Positions 1 through 10,911 of a stretch of 64,000 nt of DNA are shown piece after piece. The stretch is from the human T2T-CHM13v2.0 reference genome, Homo sapiens. The stretch's first letter is position 1, and every line of letters begins with the position of its first letter. Where the stretch lies: NCBI GenBank assembly GCA_009914755.4, contig CP068257.2, positions 26,752,001 to 26,816,000 of the forward strand, written 5' to 3'. Below the pieces are notes generated by a model. It saw only the letters and a list, made by a program, of their open reading frames with translations, was not told where the DNA came from and ran no database searches. A program made the translations under genes and the position numbers.

Positions 1-75
1 TCTCAAGATCCTTAACTGCATCTGCAAAGACTCCTTTTCCAAAAAAAGGCAACATTTACAGGTTCCAAGCATTGA
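1..75 (+). mobile_element. 3'-tail fragment of an old interspersed repeat ('MER-type'; family name not assignable from memory)
   Basis: Positions 1-70 ('tctcaagatccttaactgcatctgcaaag...ttccaag') closely parallel the tail of the copy at 15318-15395 ('tctcaagatccttaacttaatcacatctgcaaaatcc...'). The window therefore appears to start inside a copy. Confidence 0.35.
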
Positions 76-146
76 AATATAAACAAAGCTTTTTGGAGAC
101 CATCATTAAACCCACTAGAGAGTTCGCATTTCAATTCCAAAAATCA

Positions 147-513
<367 letters not shown>

Positions 514-1070
514 TAATACATTCTTCAAATGAGATCATAAAGCTGCTAATCCAATTATTATTTATTATTAGAACTATGTTGGAATTATACTATAACACTG
601 CTGGAAGTACAAGCAATGTTGTATAATACATGTTCCTAAAAGAACATATAAGAAGTGTTACTGAAATAACAAACATTTTCCTCTAAAGAATTGCTAGGCA
701 TGAATCCTGTAAACTCCAGCTAAATGAAGCTTAATAATAATAGTAAATTGAGTGTGCCATGCACCATACTAAGTGTTTCACACATTGTCTGGTTTAATCC
801 TCATGATGACTTACAAGATAGCATAACAGACTTCTCTGAATGCTGATTCTTCCTTGCCATAACATCTCTTCCTTTCCAAAAAAAAAACATTTCTTATTTT
901 CTGGTGTCTGGTATCTTACAAAAAGCTGGGTCTTCATTAAGTCAGTGATGATAATCCCAACCCCTTTGCTGGTGAGTGGATCAGGAATAGACATGGAACA
1001 CAATTGTGGCCAATGATACTTGAAGAAAGCTACTGAGGGGGTTTCTAGAATGAAGTTTCTTCACACATTG

Positions 1071-1396
1071 TATTAGTTTGTTAGAGGTGCCATTACAAAC
1101 TACCACAGACTGGGTGGCTTAAACGGCAGAAATTTATTTTCTCTTAGTTCTGGAGGCTAGAAGTCCAAGATCAAGATGTTGGCAATGTTGATTTCTTCTA
1201 AGTTCTTTCTCCTTGGTCTTTTCTCTTTGTCTATCTGTCCTCTTCTTTGAAGGACACTGGTCATATTGAATGAGAACCTACCCCAGTGACCTTATTTAAC
1301 TGTAATTACCAGTATCCCCAAATTAGGTCACATTCTGAGGTACATGGGGTTAGAACTGATGAATTTGGAGGTGACATGACTCAGCCTACAACATGT
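1071..1396 (+). mobile_element. Old mammalian interspersed repeat ('MER-type')
   Basis: Carries the 'ctaccacagactgggtggcttaaa.ggcagaaatttattttctc..agttctggaggctagaagtccaagatcaag' head motif and the 'ggtcacattctgaggtac.tggggttag.act..tgaatttggagg.gacat..ctcagcc' tail. Other copies in the window (14953-15460, 16240-16600, 48140-48520, 54295-54550) share these. Confidence 0.5.
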
Positions 1397-2009
1397 TTAA
1401 AAAAACACACACAGAAAAAAAAAATCTTCATCATTTAAACATTGTCTCTGCTGGGTGTGATATCTAACAGGAAATGACCCTGTAGATGACAGAACAGTGG
1501 ACAGAATCTAGAACCTTTCCGACATCATGAGACTGGGGCATCCTTGACTTAGGACTTCCTATTACGGATGATAGTTACTGTTCTTATTTTTAAGCAGTTG
1601 AGGTGTTTTTTTTCTCTCTCGCTTCTGCTACAGTATCTAATTTGTATAAGTAAATACGTTTATTTTCATTGCCATTTCACAAATACAGAAACCTTGTCAG
1701 GAAAGCTGGAATTCTGATCCAGGAATCTAACTCCTGCCTGAATGTCCATAAATAATAGGTCTGTGGCATCAAAATGTTCTCTCCAATACTCAGGCTTTCA
1801 TTTCAGTTTTATAAAAGCCTCCTAGAGAAAAATTTAAAAGCAGACCTTAGAATATTACTAGCTGGTTGTTCTAGAAATCTAGAAGCAAGGAACTGTGCAA
1901 AGAATTAAGTCAGCCATGAAGGTATTTTGATGAACAAGAAAGTATCTCTACTAAGATAAGGTTAAAAAACAATAAGAATGGCTACAATATAAATACACAA
2001 AAGTCAACA

Positions 2010-2155
2010 GATAAAGAAAAAGTGGTATATATACACTATGGAGTACTCTGCAGACATCAAAAAGAATGAAATCATGCCTTTTACAGGATCATGGATGGAG
2101 CTGGAGACCATTATCCTTGGTAAACTAATGCAGAAACAGAAAACAGAGTACCTCA
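2010..2155 (+). mobile_element. L1 LINE 3'-end fragment (upstream half, interrupted)
   Basis: '...tatatacactatggagtactctgcagacatcaaaaagaatgaaatcatgccttttacaggatcatggatggagctggagaccattatccttggtaaactaatgcagaaacagaaaacagagtacc' matches the L1 ORF2 C-terminal consensus ('tacacaatggaatactactcagccataaaaaa.gaatgaaatcatgtcctttgcagcaacatggatggagctggaggccattatcctaagtgaact...'). Confidence 0.7.
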
Positions 2156-2522
2156 TGATATGGTTTGGCTTCGTGTCCTCACCCAAATCTCATCTTGTAG
2201 CTCCCATAATTCCCACATGTTGTAGGAGGGACCCAGTGGGAGATGACTGAGTCATGGGAGTGGATATTTCCCATGCTTTTCTCATGATAGTGAATGGGTC
2301 TCACAAGATCTGATGGTTTTAAAAGTGGGAGTCTCCCTGCACAAGCTCTCCTTTTGCCTGCTGCCACCCACGTAAGACATGACTTGCTCTTCCTTGCCTT
2401 CTGCCATGACTATGAGGCCTCCCCAGCCATGTAGAACTGTAAGTCCAATTATACCTCTTTCTTTTGTAAATTTCCCAGTCTCAAGTATGTCTTTATCAGC
2501 AGTGTGAAAACAGACTAATACA
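2156..2522 (+). mobile_element. THE1/MST-family MaLR solo LTR, nested inside the L1
   Basis: Starts 'tgatatggtttggcttcgtgtcctcacccaaatctcatcttgtagctcccataattcccacatgttgtaggagggacccagtgggag...' and ends '...tttcccagtctcaagtatgtctttatcagcagtgtgaaaacagactaataca'. This is the THE1 LTR consensus from head to tail. Confidence 0.85.
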
Positions 2523-2772
2523 CTGCATGTTCTCACTTAGAAGTAGAAGCTAAATGATGAGAACTCACAGACACAAAGACAGACACAATGGATACTCAGC
2601 CCTACTTGAGAGTGGAGGATGGGAGGAAGCAGAGGAGCAGAAAAAAATAAATATTGGGTACTAGGCTTAGCATCTGGGTGATGAAATGATCTGTACAACA
2701 AACCTCCATGACACAAGTTTACCTATATAACAAACCTGCACATGTACCCCAAAACCTGAAAGTTAAAAGTCA
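2523..2772 (+). mobile_element. L1 LINE 3'-end fragment (downstream half, continuing after the LTR insertion)
   Basis: 'ctgcatgttctcacttagaagtagaagctaaatgatgagaactcacagacacaaagacag...' runs to '...caaacctgcacatgtaccccaaaacctgaaagttaaaag'. This matches the L1 3' end ('accgcatgttctcactcataggtgggaattgaacaatgagaacacatggacaca...taacaaacctgcacgttgtgcacatgtaccctagaacttaaagtataat'). Confidence 0.75.
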
Positions 2773-4132
2773 CTAAGCCAGTTAAATGAGATTATTGTTA
2801 ACAACCTAATATACAAATTGTGCTCTCTCTACTAATCTCTGTAGATAGTTTGAGCCCAGTCCTTAATTCTCTTTGGCAAGAATTGCAAATTACCTTTAGC
2901 TACGGATTTCATTGTTCAATTGGTTTTAATTACAGCGTTTTCCATTACTCATCATTTTCCTTATTTCAAATTAAGCCTCTCTTTTACTTCTTCCCTTAAG
3001 AGGAAATGAGTGTTTGTCTTTTCTCAAACCTTCCTTTACATATTTGTATCACATGCCTTTTGTTTGCCTTTCTGGAATAAACCCACTGTTCTCTCATGTC
3101 CACAGATGCCTCATCATCCCAGCATAAATTATTCCAATGTTTCATGTATTTACTTTTTTAAATTTTAAAAAATAGCCTGCCTTTCTTCTTCTGAGATGCA
3201 ATAATATAAAGAAACATGGACAGCCTATTTCTTGTGCTTCAAAGAACATATTCCTAATAATTTGGGCCACTATTTTGTTCCATTCTAGTGTTTTTATTGT
3301 GTGTGGAAAAATCCTTCAGGTTAATTCCTCAGTTTTACTCAGAACTAGAATGCCTGGCAGTGTGAGGTCAGTGTTATCACCAATTCTCAACCAGCATCAG
3401 GAAGGACCACACTTAACCCAGCTGTGACTGATAGATAACTCCTGGCTTAGCAGAAACTGTGAGCTTGTGTGCGATGGTTAAGCAATGTAATAAAGGAACC
3501 AGCTCTAGTGGAGAGACTCTGAGCTCCAGAAGACTCACTGAGGTCAGAGTCCCTCTGCCTTACTTTCTAGTGATATATGTTTTGCTCTATTTTCTAATTT
3601 ACTTTGGTCCTATTTGGCTTTAGGGGTATATTTTTCTTCAGTGACTTTTACTTTGCAGCTGATTATGGCATAAGTACTGCTGCAGATGGCTTTTTTGGCC
3701 CCAATTAATGGCCTCCCTTTGCCATGTGACTTTGCAGCTCTTTCCACCAAGACATGAAGCCTGTCCTCCAAGTCTTTAATATAGAGCTGGCTTTGTACCT
3801 TTGTACCAATAGCATCTGGTGAAGGTGGCAGCTAACCACTTCTGAAGGTAGGCCTCAAAAAGCCCTTTGCACATTTTCACTGTCTCAGAATGTCACCTTT
3901 GCTAGGAGAACAAACCCTAGATAGCTTTCTGGAAGATGAGAGACCACATGGAACAGAGACCAATGATCTCGGCTGAAGACAACTTCAACCAGTTCCCGGC
4001 TGACCCACCAACTGACCACAGATGCAAGAGTGAGCTTAACCAAGATCAGCTGAGGTTGGCCCAGATCAGCAGAACCACCAACCCAGTCCTAAGTTCACAA
4101 ACAAAAATAAATTTTCATTGTTACATACCACT

Positions 4133-4520
4133 GTGAAGGAAATGGCTGTGCTTTACTCAGTAGTAGTCTGAGGTGGCTGCCTGGTGCAGCATGACTTAGC
4201 AGGGTTTGGAATGCAGGCGCACAACTCTGCTTGTTATATAACCATGCCACGTGAGGTGCATTAGGTGATCACTCATCTGAGCTCGTACTTGGCTCACAGC
4301 CACTATTGTCTGTAAAGGTGTAATTACTCTACTTAAGGCTGTACATACAGCTTGCGGTTTGCACCTGCGGCTGACACCCAGGCTCACTCACGCCCAGAGA
4401 GAGAGTAAAAGCCATGTCAAAACTGTGTACAATTCTTCGAGTATTTTTCCAGCTACCTGCCATTGGTCTATCCACTCCCCTCAGTCCTCAGTTTGGGCTG
4501 GAACCTGACACTTGGCATGA
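4133..4520 (+). mobile_element. 5' LTR of a degraded ERV provirus (probably an ERVL/MLT2-type LTR)
   Basis: Starts 'tgtgaaggaaatggctgtgctttactcagtag...'. It aligns over its whole length of about 390 bp, with indels, to 7203-7638 at an offset of about 3070 bp. Shared blocks include 'gcagcatgact.ag.agggtttgga.tg.a.g.gcacaact', 'cattaggtgatcactca..tgagct.gt.cttg.ctca.agccactattgtctgtaaa.ggt.taattac' and 'gtcaaaac.gt.tg..attc.tc.agt.tttttccagct.cctgcca.t.gtc.a.ccactc'. The last shared block is 'cag.ttgggctggaacc.gacactt.g.atga'. Confidence 0.55.
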
Positions 4521-7202
4521 AAACTGGCATCACAAACAGGATCCCAAGGTGGGTGAGCCTTTGGTCCCCGCTGATTCTTGGTTGGCTCTGTGGCCACAAC
4601 ATGGGTTGTGGTACCAGACTGCAGCTGTGCTGTGAGGATGGGCTCTGGTGGAGACTGGGCGGTGGTAGGTGGGTCCCTTGTGAGCATGGAGAAGGCCCTG
4701 AAGTTGCTGGAAGCACAGAGCACTGAGAAGGAAGGAGCCTTTGCTGGCAGAATTGGATGGGCATTTTTGACTGCGCTTGGAGTACACACCCAGTCCCTGA
4801 GGGATGCCACAGACGTAAGGGCTTTGCAGACATAGGCGAGGCACCTGGAGGCCTGGCTACACAGTTCAGAAAAAGAATTAGAAGCTGCCATGAATGGGGA
4901 CCTCCAGGCACCCCCTGGAAGCCTGGCTACAGAGCTTGAAAAAGGAATTAGAGGCTGCTGTGAATGCAGGCCTGGAGGCCATTGGTGGGACCGAGGGGTC
5001 TGTGCAGTAAAGAAGGGGAAGATGCCCATGGGAAAATAGGGGACCCCAACCAGTAACACACTCAAAGATGTGGATAGATTTGATTTTGGCCAGGGTTGAG
5101 AAACAGAAAATTGATAAGCAGCCCAATGAAGTACTCTTAACTTTGTGGAGACAGTTGCCTCTGGAACAGCAATTCCAGAAAATGCCCAAGAGGAAGAAGG
5201 GGAGAAGGACATTGCTGCGTGATCTGGTCCCACCTGGGGTGTTCCAGCTCAAAGACTATGTACTGAAGCAAGGCAGGGATGTAAAGCCTTTTCTGTTTAT
5301 GAGGGAACTGGCCGAGGTGCCCAGCTTGAGGGGACACTGGGCAACCAGAAGCCACATGTGAAATTGACAAGCCACTGGTCCCTGCACCCAGATAAGTTTC
5401 CAGGCAAGGCTGCATAGACAGCTATGAAATGTCTATGGTCAATGAAAGTGAAATCTGTATCTCTGCACCTTGGCATCAGCCACCTGGCCCCTGGTTATGC
5501 ACTGTGTATGTCTCTCCCATACCTGTATACATTCTGGGGGTGGACACTTTACACAGCTTGACAGCTGTCTCATCTATCACATATTTGATGGACTACTTGA
5601 CAACAGAATTGGGACAGTACCACTATGGGGTGGACTTGACTAATGCATTTTTTTTTACAGAGTCAGGAACAATTTGCCTTCATGGGAAGGTGACAATGGA
5701 CTTTCACAGTGTTACTGCAGGGCTATGTGCATAGCCCCACCATATGTCATGGTCTTGTTAATGATATTATCCATGGTCTTTTTAATGCTATCAAGCTAAC
5801 CTCTAATTCTCTTGCAGATTTAGAATCGGCAGTGCTCCTCTTGCCTGAGATTGCAATGGTGCAGCTGAGACCACCTTCCTGGCAGCCAAGTGGGCTATTC
5901 AGCAGGAATAAGCCCTGTGGATAGTTGAGCAGGGGCTCCCATTCGAGCTGGATGTGCATGTGACCACAGATGGTTTCAGCTGGGGCCTGTGGCAGCACAC
6001 GGAGTGCTTGAGAACACCAGTAGGCTTTTGATCCCAACTATGAAAGGGAGCTGAGCTCTGGTATTCCTTGATAGAGCAGCAGTTAGTAACTGCATGTGCT
6101 GCCCTTCAGGTTCATGAGAGCTTGGCAGGATTGGTTACAATCTTCATGCAGACAACTTACCCAATAGCAGGATGAGTGCATTCATGGATAATGACCCCCT
6201 GGACTGGGATGGGGGAGACATCCACTTTGGCAAAGTGGAGTGCCTACTTGGAGCAGCAGAGTACACTGAGCACAAGTCCCTTAGAAGTCTTGGGAGCTGC
6301 AGTCCTATGCAAGATAAGGCCATGGGGCCTGAGGCACCCCTAGACTCTGAGCCTTTACCATTTAAAGAAGGACATCCCTCCATTCCCAATGGGGCATGGT
6401 ACACAAATGGGTCTAGCTGAGGTGCTACTGCTGCCTGGACCACTGTTGCAATCCAACCTAGTACTGACACCATATGGTTTGAAACCGGGTGTGGGCAAAG
6501 TAGCCAATGGGCTGAACTTAGAGCAGTATGGATGGTGATCACCAAGGAGGTGACACCTATAGAAATGTGCACTAATAGCTGGGAAGTTTATCGAGGCTTA
6601 ACCTTGTGGTTAACTACCTGGAAGTTACAAAATTAGCTAGTTGTTCACCGGCCCACGTAGGCCAAGCCATGTGGCAAGATCTATAGGAGGAAGAATGACC
6701 TTCTCTGACCAGGTATAGGGATGAACAGTAACCTATTGTTGCCTGTCCTGATGCCCCTGAAGTCAGAAGAACAGAAAACTTGGCTGTGGCCATGGACCCT
6801 CCAAGCCCCCAACTGCCTGTGGTTGGCCATCATAGCTCCCTGGGAGAAGTGCCTACAGTATGACTTGCCTGTCACTCCTTGGCTGTTCAGTGCATGCCCC
6901 CCATGGTTGACTGTTCATAGGGAAACAGCCAGGGGATGAACCCTCCTCTGGGGGGCATATGTACTATCTGTGTTGCCTATTATGAGCTCCCCTGTGACTG
7001 TGGCACAGACACAGGACCCAAAGCAACCATGGGGAGCTGGAAGGTGTGGTATCATCAGCCAGAGCAGAAGCCCTTGGTAGCTGCATTGTTATCCAGGGAT
7101 GGAAAGTTAGCCTGTTATTGTTGTTGTGGGTTAAGGATTCAGGGATCTGCCCTTTGGGCACATGTCCCTGCACAGAGGATGCTCTCAGCCTATGGGGTGG
7201 AG
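4521..7202 (+). mobile_element. ERV internal region with decayed pol (RT) remnants
   Basis: Plus-strand translation near 5610-5660 gives 'YHYGVDLTNAFFF', the RT 'DLxxAFF' motif. Near 5709-5760 it gives 'LLQGYVHSPTICHGLV', the 'LPQGYxNSPxLCHNLV' RT motif typical of ERVL-class pol. The frames are broken by stops, and there are no intact gag, pro or pol genes. Confidence 0.55.
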
Positions 7203-7638
7203 TGTAAGGGAAATGGCTGCATGTTATTCTGCAGTAGGTTGAGGAAGCCTCCCAGCGCAGCATGACTCAGTAGGTTTGGAGTGTAAGTGCACAACTTCAC
7301 ACATTATGTAACCAACACTGTGTGAGGCACATTAGGTGATCACTCACATGAGCTTGTGCTTGTCTCAAAGCCACTATTGTCTGTAAAAGGTATAATTACC
7401 CTGCTAATGCTTTACATATGGCTTGCAGCTCATGCCCAGGCCCATGCCCAGGCTTGTGCCCAGGCTTGTGGCTTGCACCCATGGCTCATGCCCAGGCTCG
7501 CTTGTGCTGAGATAGAGTAAGAACCGTGTCAAAACCGTCTGTGATTCCTCAAGTGTTTTTCCAGCTCCCTGCCACTTGTCCACCCACTGCCCTCGGTCCC
7601 CAGCTTGGGCTGGAACCCGACACTTAGGATGACAAGCA
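7203..7638 (+). mobile_element. 3' LTR of the same ERV provirus
   Basis: Paralogous to 4133-4520 (see the 5' LTR entry). It starts 'tgtaagggaaatggctgcatgttattctgcagtag' and contains an internal tandem 'catgcccaggc(t/c)' expansion at 7432-7500. Sequence after about 7640 is unrelated and AT-rich. Confidence 0.55.
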
Positions 7639-10207
7639 TTATGGTCTTGTGGATGTTAATTAGACAGCATTATTATAGCATAAAAAAAAGGCACAAGCCC
7701 ATTTCTAATAATTATTGTATTTTCCTAACCAGTACATATGATTTTTTTTAGATTATCTTGTTTTCTGTTCATGATCGCTTGACATTCTATCTCTTATTTT
7801 ATTAAAAGTTGTGACATTCTTTGCCATCCTCAGGAGAGGAGCTGGTTATTTTGACTTCCACAGCAATATGCCTAGCAGCCAACCAGGCTGAAGTGAGTGT
7901 CTAAATAAGACTATTTAATGGATAATTTTCAGGTTTCTCAGATGCACCACATTTGCTCTATCCACTCTGTTTTTCCTAACCTTATCAGATTTCATTCTGT
8001 CACAGTCCTAATCCATGAAATCATTGTAAATACTGTCTACCCTTTGACCTCATTTGATTAGTAGAAAACATGCTGTCACCAAGCCAAGCTTTGATCTAAG
8101 GGATCTTTCTTAAAGCAATGAGAATAATCACTATTCCAGTAACAGCAACAGTTGTTGAACAAACAAGATTTACCTGGGGATTTGAAGCAAGGGCAAATTT
8201 TTCCTCTCAGTTTTTTTTTCAAATAAATAAATTAATAGAAGGGCAAAAGCAACAGGAACTAAAAGTATAGATTCCTGTACTACCTAGTTATTGTTTTTTT
8301 CTAAATTTGAAAGTCTTATTCACAAGATAAACAGCCACGTCTATTTTTGAAATTTTTTATGGAGGCAAAAAATTCAAGGTGCTAGATTGTCCTGCTTTGA
8401 CAACTAAAAAGCGGGGGGAAATCCCTGTCATTTACAATGGATGCAGGTTAATTGTCTGAAAGACTGGCATATAAAAGACCAGTTTATTTAGCTAAGGTAT
8501 GCAGGTCATTTGAATAGCACAATTAGCAAAGGTGAGCTGGGGGAGTATGAAGGAAATTCAAGGAATCTTCATTTCTGACAACTTGGTGAAGGATATCTGA
8601 CCTAATACCATAGTGTATAGGTGATGGATTTCTATGAAATTGTAGTTAGTGTGGGAAGAGCATAAAAAGTGTATAGCCAGAAGACAGAAGCCAAAAGCAA
8701 AGAACTAGGTGCAGGACGGATGATGGGTTAAAATGAAAAAACAAAACTGAAGACAAAGAGAAGCCAAGAGATTTCAGAATGCAAAGACAAAATGGGGGTA
8801 AGGAAAGGAAAGAGAAGATCACACAGTCTATAGACCATTACCAAGTGAGACTATCCAAAGCCATGAAAGACAGGCATAGGCATATGCCTGAGTTTCAGGA
8901 GTACCTCTAAGAGACTCAGCCAATGTCATCCCATTTTCTGAAAGCAGGAAAAAAAATAAATAAGCCGCTGAAAATTAGATTTTCTTAACAAATGGCTGAG
9001 GATAAATAGTGCATAGGTACATGAGATATATACTAAAATTAAAATGTAAAAAAAAATTTAGACATTTAGGGAAGAAGCCATCTTTTTTGAGAAGTACACC
9101 AGTTTAATAAACTCTAAGCTCTTCTGTTTGCTGATAGTCCTCTGGGCTATGGAAATACTCTGGTTATGGGACTATTGCAGCTATGAGAATAGTACAAGAT
9201 GAAGCTTCCTGTTATCGAGCTTCACAGGTAATCTGTGTCCTCTGACATTCCTGACTGTTGCTCACTACACAAGAGCCAAGAAAGCAGGGTTGAATCTCAT
9301 CACCACAGCATGTGTCTATTGCTATTTCATAGTCCCCTCTTCCATCTGCTAAAGATGGAACATGATCTATCTTGCTCACTCTAATTTTTTTTTTGCCTTA
9401 AAAACTGGGCCATGAGTTAGAGGCATGAATAGAAACCATCTCTCAACTCCAGGAGGCTTTGCAAATTACAGACTATGAAGTACTTGACATATAGTTTCTA
9501 AATACAGTTAATCAAAGTTATAAAACCTAAGAAATAAATAAACTCAAGATTTGAAAATCTATTTGAAAAGTATATAGCTATAGTCCTATCCCATGATAGA
9601 GTTCATTTACTTCATCTCTTTCCTTTTCCACCAGAAAAAAACTAAGTATTAAACATAGAAGTTTCAGAAACCTTCTTACAAAACTGTCATAAAAGAACAT
9701 CATATTTCATGCATATGGGATCATGCTTAGATCGAACACAAAACTAAGACCATAATTTTTTGAGAAAATTTATAATTAGATTTTATCAAATTCAAGTTGT
9801 TAAGTATTGTTCTTTTCTTACTGACATTGTGCATAAATGGCTTGAGATCAGAGTTTGCATTATTTTTCATTTTGTGAAAATTATCTTGTTATATTGGTAA
9901 TATCATTTAAAAATCTTTTTTATTCACAGTAGTTCTCTAATCTCTTTAAAAATATATTATTTCTTTTTATAAGAACTCATCTGTGATTATGGGAGTTAAA
10001 AACTTTAAGCTTTTAAAAAATGCCCTTGTTTGTTCAGAGCCCTTCTGTTTCTTACTCAGAATTTGACTTCTATATAATAAAGAGAAAACTAAAATTTTAC
10101 TCCAATATTAAGTTTCCTACTTGGTTCAGACAAACTACCACTGGATGACACACATACTTGTTGGAGTGGACAATAAATCATCCCATCTACAATAATGAGA
10201 TGATATC

Positions 10208-10541
10208 TGATATGGTTTGGCTATGTCCCCACCCAAATCTCATCTTGAATTCCCACATGTTGTGGGAGGGACCAGGTGGGAGATAATTGAATCATGGGGG
10301 CAGGTCTCTCCCATGCTGTTCTCAGGATAGTGAATAAGACTTATGAGATCTGATGATTATATAAAGGGGAGTTTCCCTGCACAAGCTCTCTTCTCTTGTC
10401 TGCCACCACATGAGATGTGCCTTTCACCTTCCACCATGACTGTGACGTGTCCCCAACACATGGAACTTTAAGTCCATTAAACCTTTTATCTTCCCAGTCT
10501 TGGGTATGTCTTTATCAGCAGCATGAAAATAGACTACTACA
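10208..10541 (+). mobile_element. THE1/MST-family MaLR solo LTR (upstream copy of a tandem pair)
   Basis: Starts 'tgatatggtttggctatgtccccacccaaatctcatcttgaattcccacatgttgtgggagggaccaggtgggagataattgaatcatggggg...' and ends '...tcttcccagtcttgggtatgtctttatcagcagcatgaaaatagactactaca'. It lacks the 'gtagctcccataa' segment near the head. Confidence 0.8.
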
Positions 10542-10554
10542 ATGTCTTAGAATC

Positions 10555-10911
10555 TGATATGGTTTGACTCTGTCCCCACCCAAATCTCATCTTGAATTGT
10601 AGCTCCCAGAATTCCCATGTGTCATGGGAGGGACCCTGTGGGAGGTAATTGAATCATGGGGTTGGGTCTTTCCCATGCTGTTCTCATGATATTGAATCAG
10701 TCTCAGGAGATCTGATAGTTTTATAAATGAGAGATCCCCTACACAAGCTCTCTTGCCTGCTGCCATGTAAGAGGTGACTTTGCTCCTCATTTGCCTTGAT
10801 TGTGAGGCCTCCCTAGACATGTGGAACTGTGAGACAATTAAACAACTTTCCTTTATAAACTACCCAGTGTCAGGTATGTCTTTATTAGCAGTGTGAGAAC
10901 AGACTAATACA
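10555..10911 (+). mobile_element. THE1/MST-family MaLR solo LTR (downstream copy of the tandem pair)
   Basis: Starts 'tgatatggtttgactctgtccccacccaaatctcatcttgaattgtagctcccagaattcccatgtgtcatgggagggaccctgtgggaggtaattgaatcatgggg...' and ends '...ctacccagtgtcaggtatgtctttattagcagtgtgagaacagactaataca'. Only 13 bp ('atgtcttagaatc') separate it from the upstream copy. Confidence 0.85.

Noticed and set aside
4481-5233. 250-aa and 147-aa minus-strand ORFs (4481-5233, 4468-4911) and several overlapping plus ORFs
   Set aside because: They lie in the GC-rich internal region of the degraded ERV, antisense to the pol remnants. The peptides are low-complexity Pro/Ser/Ala-rich with no recognisable domain, and several overlap one another in different frames. 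This is typical stop-codon-poor GC-rich noise.
9026-9050. 'catgagatatatactaaaattaaaatg', a 12-nt match to the U6 snRNA 'catatactaaaattggaac' box
   Set aside because: Only about 12 nt match. The rest of U6 (5' stem-loop, ACAGAGA box, 3' U-tract) is absent. This is a chance AT-rich similarity and not a U6 pseudogene.
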